Source: Candidatus Roizmanbacteria bacterium RIFCSPHIGHO2_02_FULL_40_13b
GTDB taxonomy: Bacteria > Patescibacteriota > Microgenomatia > UBA1406 > HO2-37-13b
Assembly (NCBI GenBank): GCA_001789445.1
Contig: MFZQ01000029.1
Span: forward strand, 1 to 47,942
Reading direction: 5' to 3'
DNA: 47,942 nt
The notes under the pieces were generated by a model. It did not search any database. It saw nothing but the letters and a program-made list of their open reading frames with translations, and had not been told where the DNA came from. A program made the position numbers and the translations under genes. Positions 7,681-14,407 of this stretch are shown here, in pieces (the stretch's first letter is position 1; every line of letters starts with the position of its first letter).

Positions 7681-8695
7681 ACACGGTGTCGTTTTGTTGT
7701 AAACCCGAAGTTATCTCAATTTTCTCATCGCTTTCAAGCCCTGTTTTCACGAATCGTTTGTCGGGCTTTCCATTTTTCAACACGTTCACGTATTTTTTGC
7801 CATCACCGTCTTCTTTCACAAACAGTTGGGGAATAGTGAGCGTATTTTGGCGTTCACGGATACTAAATTCCACGTCTCCGGTCATCCCTAGTCGATATTT
7901 ATCTTTCCAGCCGGTTGCAAGGGGAAGTTTTACGGTGTACACCGTTGATGATTCTCCACTTTTTGGAACAAACGAGATTTGGGAAATTGTAGCATTCATA
8001 TGCTCATCAGTAAACGAATCAAGCGTAATTGTTCCTGCTTTTCCTTGTTGAAGCTGTGTTATTTCGCTTTGGTCGGCGGTTGATGAGAAATAAATAGAGT
8101 TTGGATTAATGATCTCAAATTGTGCGCTTGTGGGAACAACATTGACCCCTGCGATTGGCACAGTTATCGAAGTAACAAATCCCTCAATGGGACTGTATAG
8201 GTTCGCATATTTGATTGCAATATCATTAAGCTCCACATCAATCACAGAGTTTTCAAGCGTGTATTGAGAATCCGCAAGCGTGCGACTGATTGCTTCCGTC
8301 AGCGCAACATCTTTATTGTCAGCCTTCGTTTGGTCAAAATTGAGCCGTGTTTGCGCGTATGTATTGAGCTGTTTTTGTAGGCGTTTTTTCAATTCTTGCT
8401 GATTAAGTGAAGCGATATACTGCCCCTTTTTCACGTAGTCTCCTTCTTTTATGGCAACCTGCGCCAGCTGACCGGCTGTTTGAAACTGCAAAACCACGCG
8501 TTCATCAGCAGAAATTGAGCCAGAAAGGGTAAGCGTTTCGCGAATGGATTCTTTTTGAACGATTGCTTTGGGAATAGTAGTGTTTTTTGCAAGATTTGAG
8601 CGTGATTGGATGAAGACGAAAAGTAAAATTACAACAACTCCAGCCACCTGTTTCTTATGTTTTGAAAGCAATTCTTTTACTCTTTCACCATTCAT
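7664..8695 (-). CDS. HlyD/MacA-family membrane fusion (periplasmic adaptor) protein
   Basis: 343 aa. N-terminal TM, lipoyl-like hairpin blocks (GDYVKKGQYIASL ... SPIEGFVTSI), a coiled-coil middle, and a beta-barrel C-terminus. It overlaps the ATPase gene, giving the order MFP-ATPase-permease. Confidence 0.8.
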   Translation of the reverse strand: MNGERVKELLSKHKKQVAGVVVILLFVFIQSRSNLAKNTTIPKAIVQKESIRETLTLSGSISADERVVLQFQTAGQLAQVAIKEGDYVKKGQYIASLNQQELKKRLQKQLNTYAQTRLNFDQTKADNKDVALTEAISRTLADSQYTLENSVIDVELNDIAIKYANLYSPIEGFVTSITVPIAGVNVVPTSAQFEIINPNSIYFSSTADQSEITQLQQGKAGTITLDSFTDEHMNATISQISFVPKSGESSTVYTVKLPLATGWKDKYRLGMTGDVEFSIRERQNTLTIPQLFVKEDGDGKKYVNVLKNGKPDKRFVKTGLESDEKIEITSGLQQNDTVYDFTQ

Positions 8696-8750
8696 GAAAG
8701 GTATTATACAGAACTTCTTGCTATAATAAAGGGGTAAAGATTGTTGGAGT

Positions 8751-8822
8751 GGCCTGATGGTGAAGTGGAAACACGGAAGTCTGCAAAACTTCTATGCACC
8801 GGTTCGATTCCGGTTCAGGCCT
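8751..8822 (+). tRNA. tRNA-Cys (anticodon GCA)
   Basis: 72-nt cloverleaf: acceptor GGCCTGA/TCAGGCC, anticodon stem GAAGT/ACTTC with loop CTGCAAA, T arm ACCGG-TTCGATT-CCGGT, discriminator T as expected for tRNA-Cys. TGCTATAAT lies upstream. Confidence 0.9.
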
Positions 8823-8835
8823 CACAATTCTGCGC

Positions 8836-8863
8836 TTGACAACGAAACTGATTATGTTATAAG
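8836..8863 (+). promoter_or_regulatory. sigma70-like promoter of the 8870 gene (TTGACA-16 nt-TATAAG), ATG 6 nt downstream
   Basis: Read directly: TTGACA at 8836-8841 and TATAAG at 8858-8863. There is no SD before the ATG at 8870. Confidence 0.5.
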
Positions 8864-8869
8864 TCTTGT

Positions 8870-9631
8870 ATGCCAAATCCCAATGGGCCGGAGGGAGAAG
8901 GAAGAAGATTTGCACCTGTTATAGATGTTGTTGAAGATCCCGATATTCTGTGGCGTACAACACTGGGGCGAAGTGTGTGCGATCGAATAGAAGAAGCTAT
9001 GGGCCACCGTCCCCTTCCAATAGATCTCACCAAAGGAACTCTTTCACCAGGCGGAGTTGATGCAGATTTGCATCAATTTAGATGGAACGTGCGAGAAACA
9101 GAAGGCGGTACCGATGGGCGGCCTAAAATAGATAAAAGTCTTGGGTACTCTTTTGGAACGCATTCTCTTGCGGGAAAATCTGTAGTACATATACCTACTG
9201 CAAGTAGACCAGTAGATGTTCGTTGGTTGAAACGAGACGTGTCCCTTGCTCTTTGGGAACGTAAAGGTCAGTGGCATCCACGACCATTAACAACAATAGT
9301 TGCCTCGTGGCGGGGAGAAACAGTAAGTCCGCATTTTCCAAGTGGTAATAACCAAAATACGTTGGTCCTAAATTTCCATGAAAATGGAAGCTATTATCTT
9401 GTTGCAAAGTTTGCAACAGAACCAGGAGAGTTAGATATAACTGCCGCCTTAGATCCCGACTCTGATTATTGGGAAACTCCGGACGGAGTACCCACAGCAG
9501 ATGCAATAAAAGTACAGGAACTTTTTGGGGTAAGTTCTGAACTACTGAAAGGATGGGATGGTTCCAAGTTACCTGCATTAATGCACCACGCGCTTGTAGC
9601 CGCCCAACCTACCACGATAGCTTCTGAATAA
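8870..9631 (+). CDS. hypothetical protein (orphan, soluble)
   Basis: 253-aa ORF with its own promoter and a downstream hairpin. No motif I recognise. Richer in G+C than the flanks. Confidence 0.6.
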   Translation: MPNPNGPEGEGRRFAPVIDVVEDPDILWRTTLGRSVCDRIEEAMGHRPLPIDLTKGTLSPGGVDADLHQFRWNVRETEGGTDGRPKIDKSLGYSFGTHSLAGKSVVHIPTASRPVDVRWLKRDVSLALWERKGQWHPRPLTTIVASWRGETVSPHFPSGNNQNTLVLNFHENGSYYLVAKFATEPGELDITAALDPDSDYWETPDGVPTADAIKVQELFGVSSELLKGWDGSKLPALMHHALVAAQPTTIASE

Positions 9632-9633
9632 TT

Positions 9634-9648
9634 CCACTCCGGGAGTGG
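9634..9648. terminator. conserved island hairpin copy 1 (CCACTCCGGGAGTGG followed by TTTGGG), between convergent genes
   Basis: 6-bp stem CCACTC/GAGTGG. Near-identical copies lie at 11917-11931 and 12674-12688. Confidence 0.5.
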
Positions 9649-9654
9649 TTTGGG

Positions 9655-10281
9655 CTACTCACCCGAAAAATAATATCCCTCGCGCTTCTTGGTTCGTAAC
9701 CGTTGAGGATTTTTCGGATCCTTCTCTATTTTCCGGCGAATAGTAACTATATGAACCCGAAGATCATTTTGTGCCTTTTCATCGCTATTATAAAATACTT
9801 TTTCAGATAATTTTTCAGGTGAAATAGGACTATCGCTTCGCATGATTGTTTCAAGAATAGTTGTCTGCAATTTAGATAATTTTGCAGTTCGAGCACCATC
9901 ACAATACTCTCCTGAATGAAGATCTAGTGTAGAAACCCCAGTCTTGATAACTTCATTTGATGCGGCTATTTCGGGAATTTTTAGCATGAAGCCGCGTTGA
10001 ATATGCATATCAATAAATTGAATTTTGGGGTCACTCTGGGTTATTTTGAGGCGGACATTGAATAAATGTACCCGCAACGCTTCTTGGAAGTGCCTATCAC
10101 CTTTGCCATATATAAATTCAGCAACAGTACTTAAAAGAAAATACACATTTGGATGTCGTAAAAAATGTATGACTATGTTCATTTCAGTTGGAGTGAGACT
10201 AATTGTTGTTTCTCCAACAGTAAAATTTCGTGTACTAATATCTAATCGATATTGTCCAACGGTAATAATGTCACCAGACAT
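9655..10281 (-). CDS. DNA-binding protein with two tandem OmpR/PhoB-type winged-helix domains and no receiver domain
   Basis: 208 aa. Domain 1: YRLDISTRNFTVGETTISLTPTEMNIVIHFL...ALRVHLFNVRLKI...RGFML. Domain 2: TLDLHSGEY...KLSKLQTTILETIM...DLRVHIVTIRRKIEKDPKNPQRLRTKKREGYYF. Both follow the Trans_reg_C pattern. Confidence 0.75.
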   Translation of the reverse strand: MSGDIITVGQYRLDISTRNFTVGETTISLTPTEMNIVIHFLRHPNVYFLLSTVAEFIYGKGDRHFQEALRVHLFNVRLKITQSDPKIQFIDMHIQRGFMLKIPEIAASNEVIKTGVSTLDLHSGEYCDGARTAKLSKLQTTILETIMRSDSPISPEKLSEKVFYNSDEKAQNDLRVHIVTIRRKIEKDPKNPQRLRTKKREGYYFSGE

Positions 10282-10310
10282 ATCTTCTGAAATATCTCTT
10301 TTATCTTTTC

Positions 10311-11102
10311 TTATTTCCCCCCCACTTGTGATTGATCGTAATCGAGAACCTTCTTAGGTAGTTTGAATTGTTGACCTAAAATTTGAAAAAAGATTGATAT
10401 AGTGTGTCTTTCTTGTGGTCTGATCAAAAGCTGGTTTTTACCGAGTATAAAAAAACCATACGGTATAAGTCTGTGAATTCTTTCCATAACGACTTCAGGA
10501 TCCATATAACGAAATAACCCCTCCATTGAAACTGCGATCGGCTGATCATCTGTCGGTTTTCCAGAAGTTGCGACGCGGGCTTTTATTTTCTGTTCCAACC
10601 ATATTAAAAGTGTAATGTCAGTTTTGTCCATAAGAGGAGGATTGATTCCTCGCCACCATTCTGGCTCTAATTTTAAAGCCACATTTTTGTCTTTTTCAAG
10701 AACCGTAGCCAACACAATGGGGGAAACTGCGAGAATAATCGACTGTTCGTCAACTGGAATAATCACCCCTCGTTCTGTCATCTCAACTACTGTTTCATAC
10801 CATAGGTTCGTTCCGTTGGGACGGTCCATTCGTTCTGCAAGAGTATCGATTTGAAGCGTGGGAATGAGTCGTTTTATAACTGCGACATCTGTTAAAGTGA
10901 TAATATCTCCTAAAAACTGCCTTGTTACGGGATCTGCTTTGAAAGTGTTCATACCTTTCCCATCAGCAAAAACAGCAATTTCTCTGGTATTTGAAGAGGG
11001 AATAACATATATTGGTGTTTGAATCAAGGTGACGGGAGTCCAACGATAATACGCACTTAGGTCGTCAGGAGTTGCTACTGGGCCTTCTTTTTCACGATTC
11101 AT
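10311..11102 (-). CDS. hypothetical protein (orphan, soluble)
   Basis: 263-aa ORF and the middle gene of the minus-strand three-gene unit. No recognisable motif. Confidence 0.6.
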   Translation of the reverse strand: MNREKEGPVATPDDLSAYYRWTPVTLIQTPIYVIPSSNTREIAVFADGKGMNTFKADPVTRQFLGDIITLTDVAVIKRLIPTLQIDTLAERMDRPNGTNLWYETVVEMTERGVIIPVDEQSIILAVSPIVLATVLEKDKNVALKLEPEWWRGINPPLMDKTDITLLIWLEQKIKARVATSGKPTDDQPIAVSMEGLFRYMDPEVVMERIHRLIPYGFFILGKNQLLIRPQERHTISIFFQILGQQFKLPKKVLDYDQSQVGGK

Positions 11103-11184
11103 GGCCCTATTCTACCATCTCGTGCCTGGTTTGGGTTGTCAAAAAACTTGCTTTTCACACACAAATTTAACCACCAGTCCCGAC

Positions 11185-11853
11185 TCAACCACGTCGGCGA
11201 CTATATCCAAAGTATTTATCAATAGCTGTATTAGTTACAGGATATTTTTGATAATATCTGGCGTCAGCGAAAAATCGGTCAAACTGAAACTGGACTTGTT
11301 CGAAAGTACTAGGTTCTTGCGGCAAATAAAGATCCAATACTCCAGCTCGATTTGGATCCAAACCTTCTCCTTCTTTCTTCCATTGCCCAAAATATAGACT
11401 TCTATCGTATGGACTTGCTGGACCTATTGCACCACATACTGAGGTGCGATTTGAAACGTAGCTTGCTGTCCCACTTGTAGCAGTAAATCGAACATCCGAA
11501 TATCCAATTGGAGCGGTAAGGTCGAGTTCTGCGTTGACGTGAAGTGGTAATGTAGCTCTTTCTTCTCTATCAAATGCATGAAAATCTAATCCTTCAAAAT
11601 CATATCCATGTCCAGGGGGGGGCACACCAAACAAAACAAATTTTAGTTTTCCAGTAGCTGTTCCATCATCAAAACTTAAAGGAACATCAATAGCACGATA
11701 ACCAGTAGCCGATTTTGAAGTATGAAGTCCTGCTAAATCAGGTATTACAACAAAAGGCTCTCCCCAACGTATAACAAGAGGTTCCCTCACAATAGGTTCA
11801 CCTGCTTTAGTATCAGCTAGAGCAACAACTGGAGGAATACTTTCTACTGTCAT
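11185..11853 (-). CDS. hypothetical protein (orphan, soluble)
   Basis: 222-aa ORF and the first gene of the minus-strand unit. The promoter lies directly upstream. No recognisable motif. Confidence 0.6.
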   Translation of the reverse strand: MTVESIPPVVALADTKAGEPIVREPLVIRWGEPFVVIPDLAGLHTSKSATGYRAIDVPLSFDDGTATGKLKFVLFGVPPPGHGYDFEGLDFHAFDREERATLPLHVNAELDLTAPIGYSDVRFTATSGTASYVSNRTSVCGAIGPASPYDRSLYFGQWKKEGEGLDPNRAGVLDLYLPQEPSTFEQVQFQFDRFFADARYYQKYPVTNTAIDKYFGYSRRRG

Positions 11854-11861
11854 TTGAGGAG

Positions 11862-11890
11862 ATTATGACAGGTCTTTTGACTATTGTCAA
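11862..11890 (-). promoter_or_regulatory. promoter of the 11853-9655 unit (TTGACA-17 nt-CATAAT), ATG 8 nt downstream
   Basis: The minus strand reads GCTTGACAATAGTCAAAAGACCTGTCATAATCTCCTCAAATG. Confidence 0.5.
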
Positions 11891-11916
11891 GCACATGTTC
11901 AGGACCCACACATTTT

Positions 11917-11931
11917 CCACCTCCGGAGTGG
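11917..11931. repeat. conserved island hairpin copy 2 (CCACCTCCGGAGTGG followed by TTTTGG)
   Basis: Same element as 9634 and 12674, with one bulged C. It sits in the divergent intergenic region. Confidence 0.5.
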
Positions 11932-11944
11932 TTTTGGTGACTTT

Positions 11945-11964
11945 TAGCCCTTGTACAAAGGCTA
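11945..11964. promoter_or_regulatory. 20-nt near-perfect palindrome TAGCCCTTGTACAAAGGCTA, candidate antitoxin operator
   Basis: It lies immediately upstream of the TAAAAT -10 box (11972-11977) of the toxin gene. ATG follows 6 nt after the -10. Confidence 0.4.
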
Positions 11965-11983
11965 AACATGGTAAAATACTAAA

Positions 11984-12334
11984 ATGTCTGGGGTTACAGT
12001 AATTTATTACACAACTGCGCGAGGTGAAAATGTAATTGTAAAATTTCTCGACTCACTTTCAGAAACTGCACAAGCTAAAGTACTCCGAATTTTTGCCCAT
12101 TTAGAGGAATACGGACTAACGGCAATTATTCCATATATTAAGAAAGTTATTGGCACGGACCTTTGGGAAATACGAATTCTAGGGAAAGATAGTTTGAGAA
12201 TTTTGTATATTATTCCTACAAAAACCACTATTTTGGTTCTCCATGGTTTTAAAAAGAAAACGCAAAAAACACCCCCAAAAGAAATTTCTATTGCGCTTTC
12301 TCGTTATAGAGAGTGGATTATGAAAAACTCTTGA
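11984..12334 (+). CDS. type II toxin, RelE/HigB superfamily (phage Gp49-like / DUF891 type)
   Basis: 116 aa. LWEIRILGKDSLRILYIIPTKTTILVLHGFKKKTQKTPPKEISIALSRYREW matches the Gp49-like pattern (yElR...yRi.y......lLh.F.KKtqktP..Ei..A). Confidence 0.8.
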   Translation: MSGVTVIYYTTARGENVIVKFLDSLSETAQAKVLRIFAHLEEYGLTAIIPYIKKVIGTDLWEIRILGKDSLRILYIIPTKTTILVLHGFKKKTQKTPPKEISIALSRYREWIMKNS

Positions 12335-12360
12335 CAATCTGACACCATATATGATATCAT
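12331..12360 (+). promoter_or_regulatory. internal promoter for the antitoxin (TTGACA-18 nt-TATCAT), ATG 6 nt downstream
   Basis: TCTTGACAATCT overlaps the toxin stop codon. The same 12-mer occurs at 47284-47295. Confidence 0.4.
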
Positions 12361-12366
12361 CTCAAT

Positions 12367-12654
12367 ATGAGAAACAGACAATCATATACATTTCGAGAGG
12401 ATCTAGCAAAAAGATTAAAAGATCCCACATTTAAAAAAGCTTGGGAGGAGTCAGAAGCCGAATATTTGCTTGCAAAAAGAATGATTGAAGTACGATTAAT
12501 GAAAAAGCTAACTCAACGAGAATTAGCACAAAGGGTAAAAACATCACAAACACAAATTGCCCGCATTGAAACAATGAGTGCAAATCCTTCACTTCATACT
12601 TTAAAAAGAATCGCGAAAGCCCTTGACACAAAACTAATACTCAATTTCAAATAA
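12367..12654 (+). CDS. XRE-family HTH antitoxin (HigA-like)
   Basis: 95 aa. KKLTQRELAQRVKTSQTQIARIETMSANPSLHTLKRIAKAL is a canonical HTH_3 domain. It lies downstream of the toxin, as in higBA. Confidence 0.85.
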   Translation: MRNRQSYTFREDLAKRLKDPTFKKAWEESEAEYLLAKRMIEVRLMKKLTQRELAQRVKTSQTQIARIETMSANPSLHTLKRIAKALDTKLILNFK

Positions 12655-12673
12655 TCAATGTAATCCATTTTTC

Positions 12674-12688
12674 CCACTCCTGGAGTGG
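12674..12688 (+). terminator. conserved island hairpin copy 3 (CCACTCCTGGAGTGG followed by TTTGG)
   Basis: It follows the antitoxin stop codon. The downstream 14-mer AAACTTGCTTTTCA (12701-12714) is repeated exactly at 11144-11157. Confidence 0.55.
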
Positions 12689-12747
12689 TTTGGCTCTTCC
12701 AAACTTGCTTTTCATCCTCATTTATGCTATAATTACCGCCTATCTGT

Positions 12748-13329
12748 ATGATAGGAACCATTAAGCTCGCCCTGGTGGCGAGCATATTTTTGTTCTCCAT
12801 ACCGACCGTACGGGCAGACTTCTCTCCCCCACAAGCACACCGGTGTTCAACGCCGTTTGCGTGCGAACAAACAGTCACAAAGGTCTATTACGGTCCTGCA
12901 AAAGAAGAGGCTACACCGGTCAAAACGGTCTTTGAATCAATTCAAAAAACATATACTCCTCCTGGATTTAATGAATCAGCCAGCCTAAATAGCACGATTA
13001 TTTTCTCAAATATTAATACAATTCGTTCGGGGCGTGGCTTACCTTCATTCGAGCAAAGTGGTGAACTGCGAAGTTTGGCTCTTTCCCGGCTTTCCGAGCT
13101 TGAAGGAGAAATTACCTCTGGACGCTTTCACAGTGGGCTCTATGCTCGAAAACTACCGTATTGGGTGACTGAAAACATGAAATATGGGTCTGATGAGGCT
13201 GGAACTGTGAATTGGTGGATGAATTCATACATTCATAGGTCTGCAATTCTGGGAAATTCAAAGTATTCAAGCGGTGCATGCCTCGGAAATGCCTGTATCC
13301 AACTCTTCTCAAACTTCGTGCCTAAATAA
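12748..13329 (+). CDS. secreted CAP/SCP (YkwD-like) domain protein
   Basis: 193 aa. Signal peptide ending TVRA/DF. CAP pattern: NTIRSGRGLPSF...LALSRLSEL...FHSG...ENMKYG...WMNSYIHRSAILG...SSGAC. Confidence 0.75.
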   Translation: MIGTIKLALVASIFLFSIPTVRADFSPPQAHRCSTPFACEQTVTKVYYGPAKEEATPVKTVFESIQKTYTPPGFNESASLNSTIIFSNINTIRSGRGLPSFEQSGELRSLALSRLSELEGEITSGRFHSGLYARKLPYWVTENMKYGSDEAGTVNWWMNSYIHRSAILGNSKYSSGACLGNACIQLFSNFVPK

Positions 13330-14407
13330 ACGGACTCCAGTCTCCAATCGGAGCTACGTTGTGCCCGATAAAGTTCCAGACAAACAGGTACACCGCGGGT
13401 AGGAGCAATAAGGCTACATACATAAACTTCTTTGATGTCAAGGTTTTCTCATACGCAATAAGCACAAACGGCACTACGGGTAGTATATATCGGGCAATAT
13501 CTCTGTGTTGTACGAACGTTGTAGCTACCAGGAATACGAGGCTAAAATAGAAGAAGCTCCTTTGGCGACTTTCTTTCAACAGTACCACTGCAAAGCCAAA
13601 TAAGGCAAAATAAAAGAGAATATCTTCAAGCCAAATTGTTTGTATCCATTTTGCATCAAAATTGAATGCGGCAAAGGGGTAGAGAAGTGGCACGACTGAT
13701 TGGGTATGAAAGTATGCGAAAAAATCCCCCATTTGGGCTGCATACAAACTAAACACTCCGAGTAATCCAGCAGGGATTAAAAGAATATAGAGTGATTTGC
13801 TATCAAATTTCCTTGTACGCATGAATTGTTCCAGATACACTAAGAAATAAGCTAGAAAAAGGAGTATTCCCGGAGTCTTGCACATGGCGGCCAAGCCTCC
13901 GAGCACGGCTGACCAGAAGAGCTTTTTTTCTTCGAATAAATATAAAGATGCGAAAATAAGAAGCATAAATAGGCTTTCAGGGGCGCCGACTGAACGAGTG
14001 ATCAGGAATCGGGGGATGAAAAGGAAGATTGAGGCTAATAAGAGCGGTTTTTCACTAAGATTTAATTTTTTCACTACGAAATAAAAGAGCCATACGAGAG
14101 TTACTGTTGAGGCGATATTTACAAAAAGCATCGATTTTAGGTAGCCGAGAATTGGCGCAAATACTCGTATAAATAGGGGATACAGAGGGAGATGTGCGGC
14201 AAAGTACTCGGGTGATAGGTTTAGGCCGACACCCAAAACTTCTATCGCTTGTGGATTGTAGAGCGTTTTTGCAGGAATAATGTAAAAAGGACCATCGAAA
14301 TTTGCGTAAATAATCAGAAAATTGTGTAAAAAAGGGAGCCAAACGACTGCGGTACTCACTAAAGTCAAAATAAGTAAGGTAAAATAAGGATGTATGAAAC
14401 GTTTCAT
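13322..14407 (-). CDS. GT-C-like polytopic membrane glycosyltransferase (PIG-V/mannosyltransferase-like)
   Basis: Polytopic protein with an early FDGPFYIIPAKTLY loop (compare the WDxxxY motif of PIG-V-like enzymes). I prefer the start MKRFIHPYF at 14407 (TACAAT 7 nt upstream) over the upstream ATG at 14446 used in the ORF track. Confidence 0.65.
   Translation of the reverse strand: MKRFIHPYFTLLILTLVSTAVVWLPFLHNFLIIYANFDGPFYIIPAKTLYNPQAIEVLGVGLNLSPEYFAAHLPLYPLFIRVFAPILGYLKSMLFVNIASTVTLVWLFYFVVKKLNLSEKPLLLASIFLFIPRFLITRSVGAPESLFMLLIFASLYLFEEKKLFWSAVLGGLAAMCKTPGILLFLAYFLVYLEQFMRTRKFDSKSLYILLIPAGLLGVFSLYAAQMGDFFAYFHTQSVVPLLYPFAAFNFDAKWIQTIWLEDILFYFALFGFAVVLLKESRQRSFFYFSLVFLVATTFVQHRDIARYILPVVPFVLIAYEKTLTSKKFMYVALLLLPAVYLFVWNFIGHNVAPIGDWSPFI

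Noticed and set aside
8745-8752. Half-copy TGGAGTGG of the island hairpin abutting the 5' end of tRNA-Cys
   Set aside because: It is only an 8-mer and overlaps the first two tRNA bases, so a chance match is plausible. I also found no duplicated 3' fragment of tRNA-Cys at the far end of the island, so there is no attL/attR evidence.
8721-8915. 64-aa minus-strand ORF
   Set aside because: It is the antisense translation of tRNA-Cys and its flanks. It also overlaps the promoter and start of the 8870 gene.
9634-12688. Integron-like gene cassettes, reading the repeated hairpin as attC and a TA cassette between two copies
   Set aside because: The element is only about 15-25 nt, far shorter than attC sites. 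It lacks the RYYYAAC/GTTRRRY cores. No intI-like integrase is present. I kept it as a repeated hairpin finding instead.
8823-12747. Prophage or integrative element interpretation of the island
   Set aside because: No integrase, recombinase, capsid, terminase or other phage hallmark can be recognised. Only the Gp49-like toxin has a phage-associated name. I therefore describe it as an orphan accessory island.
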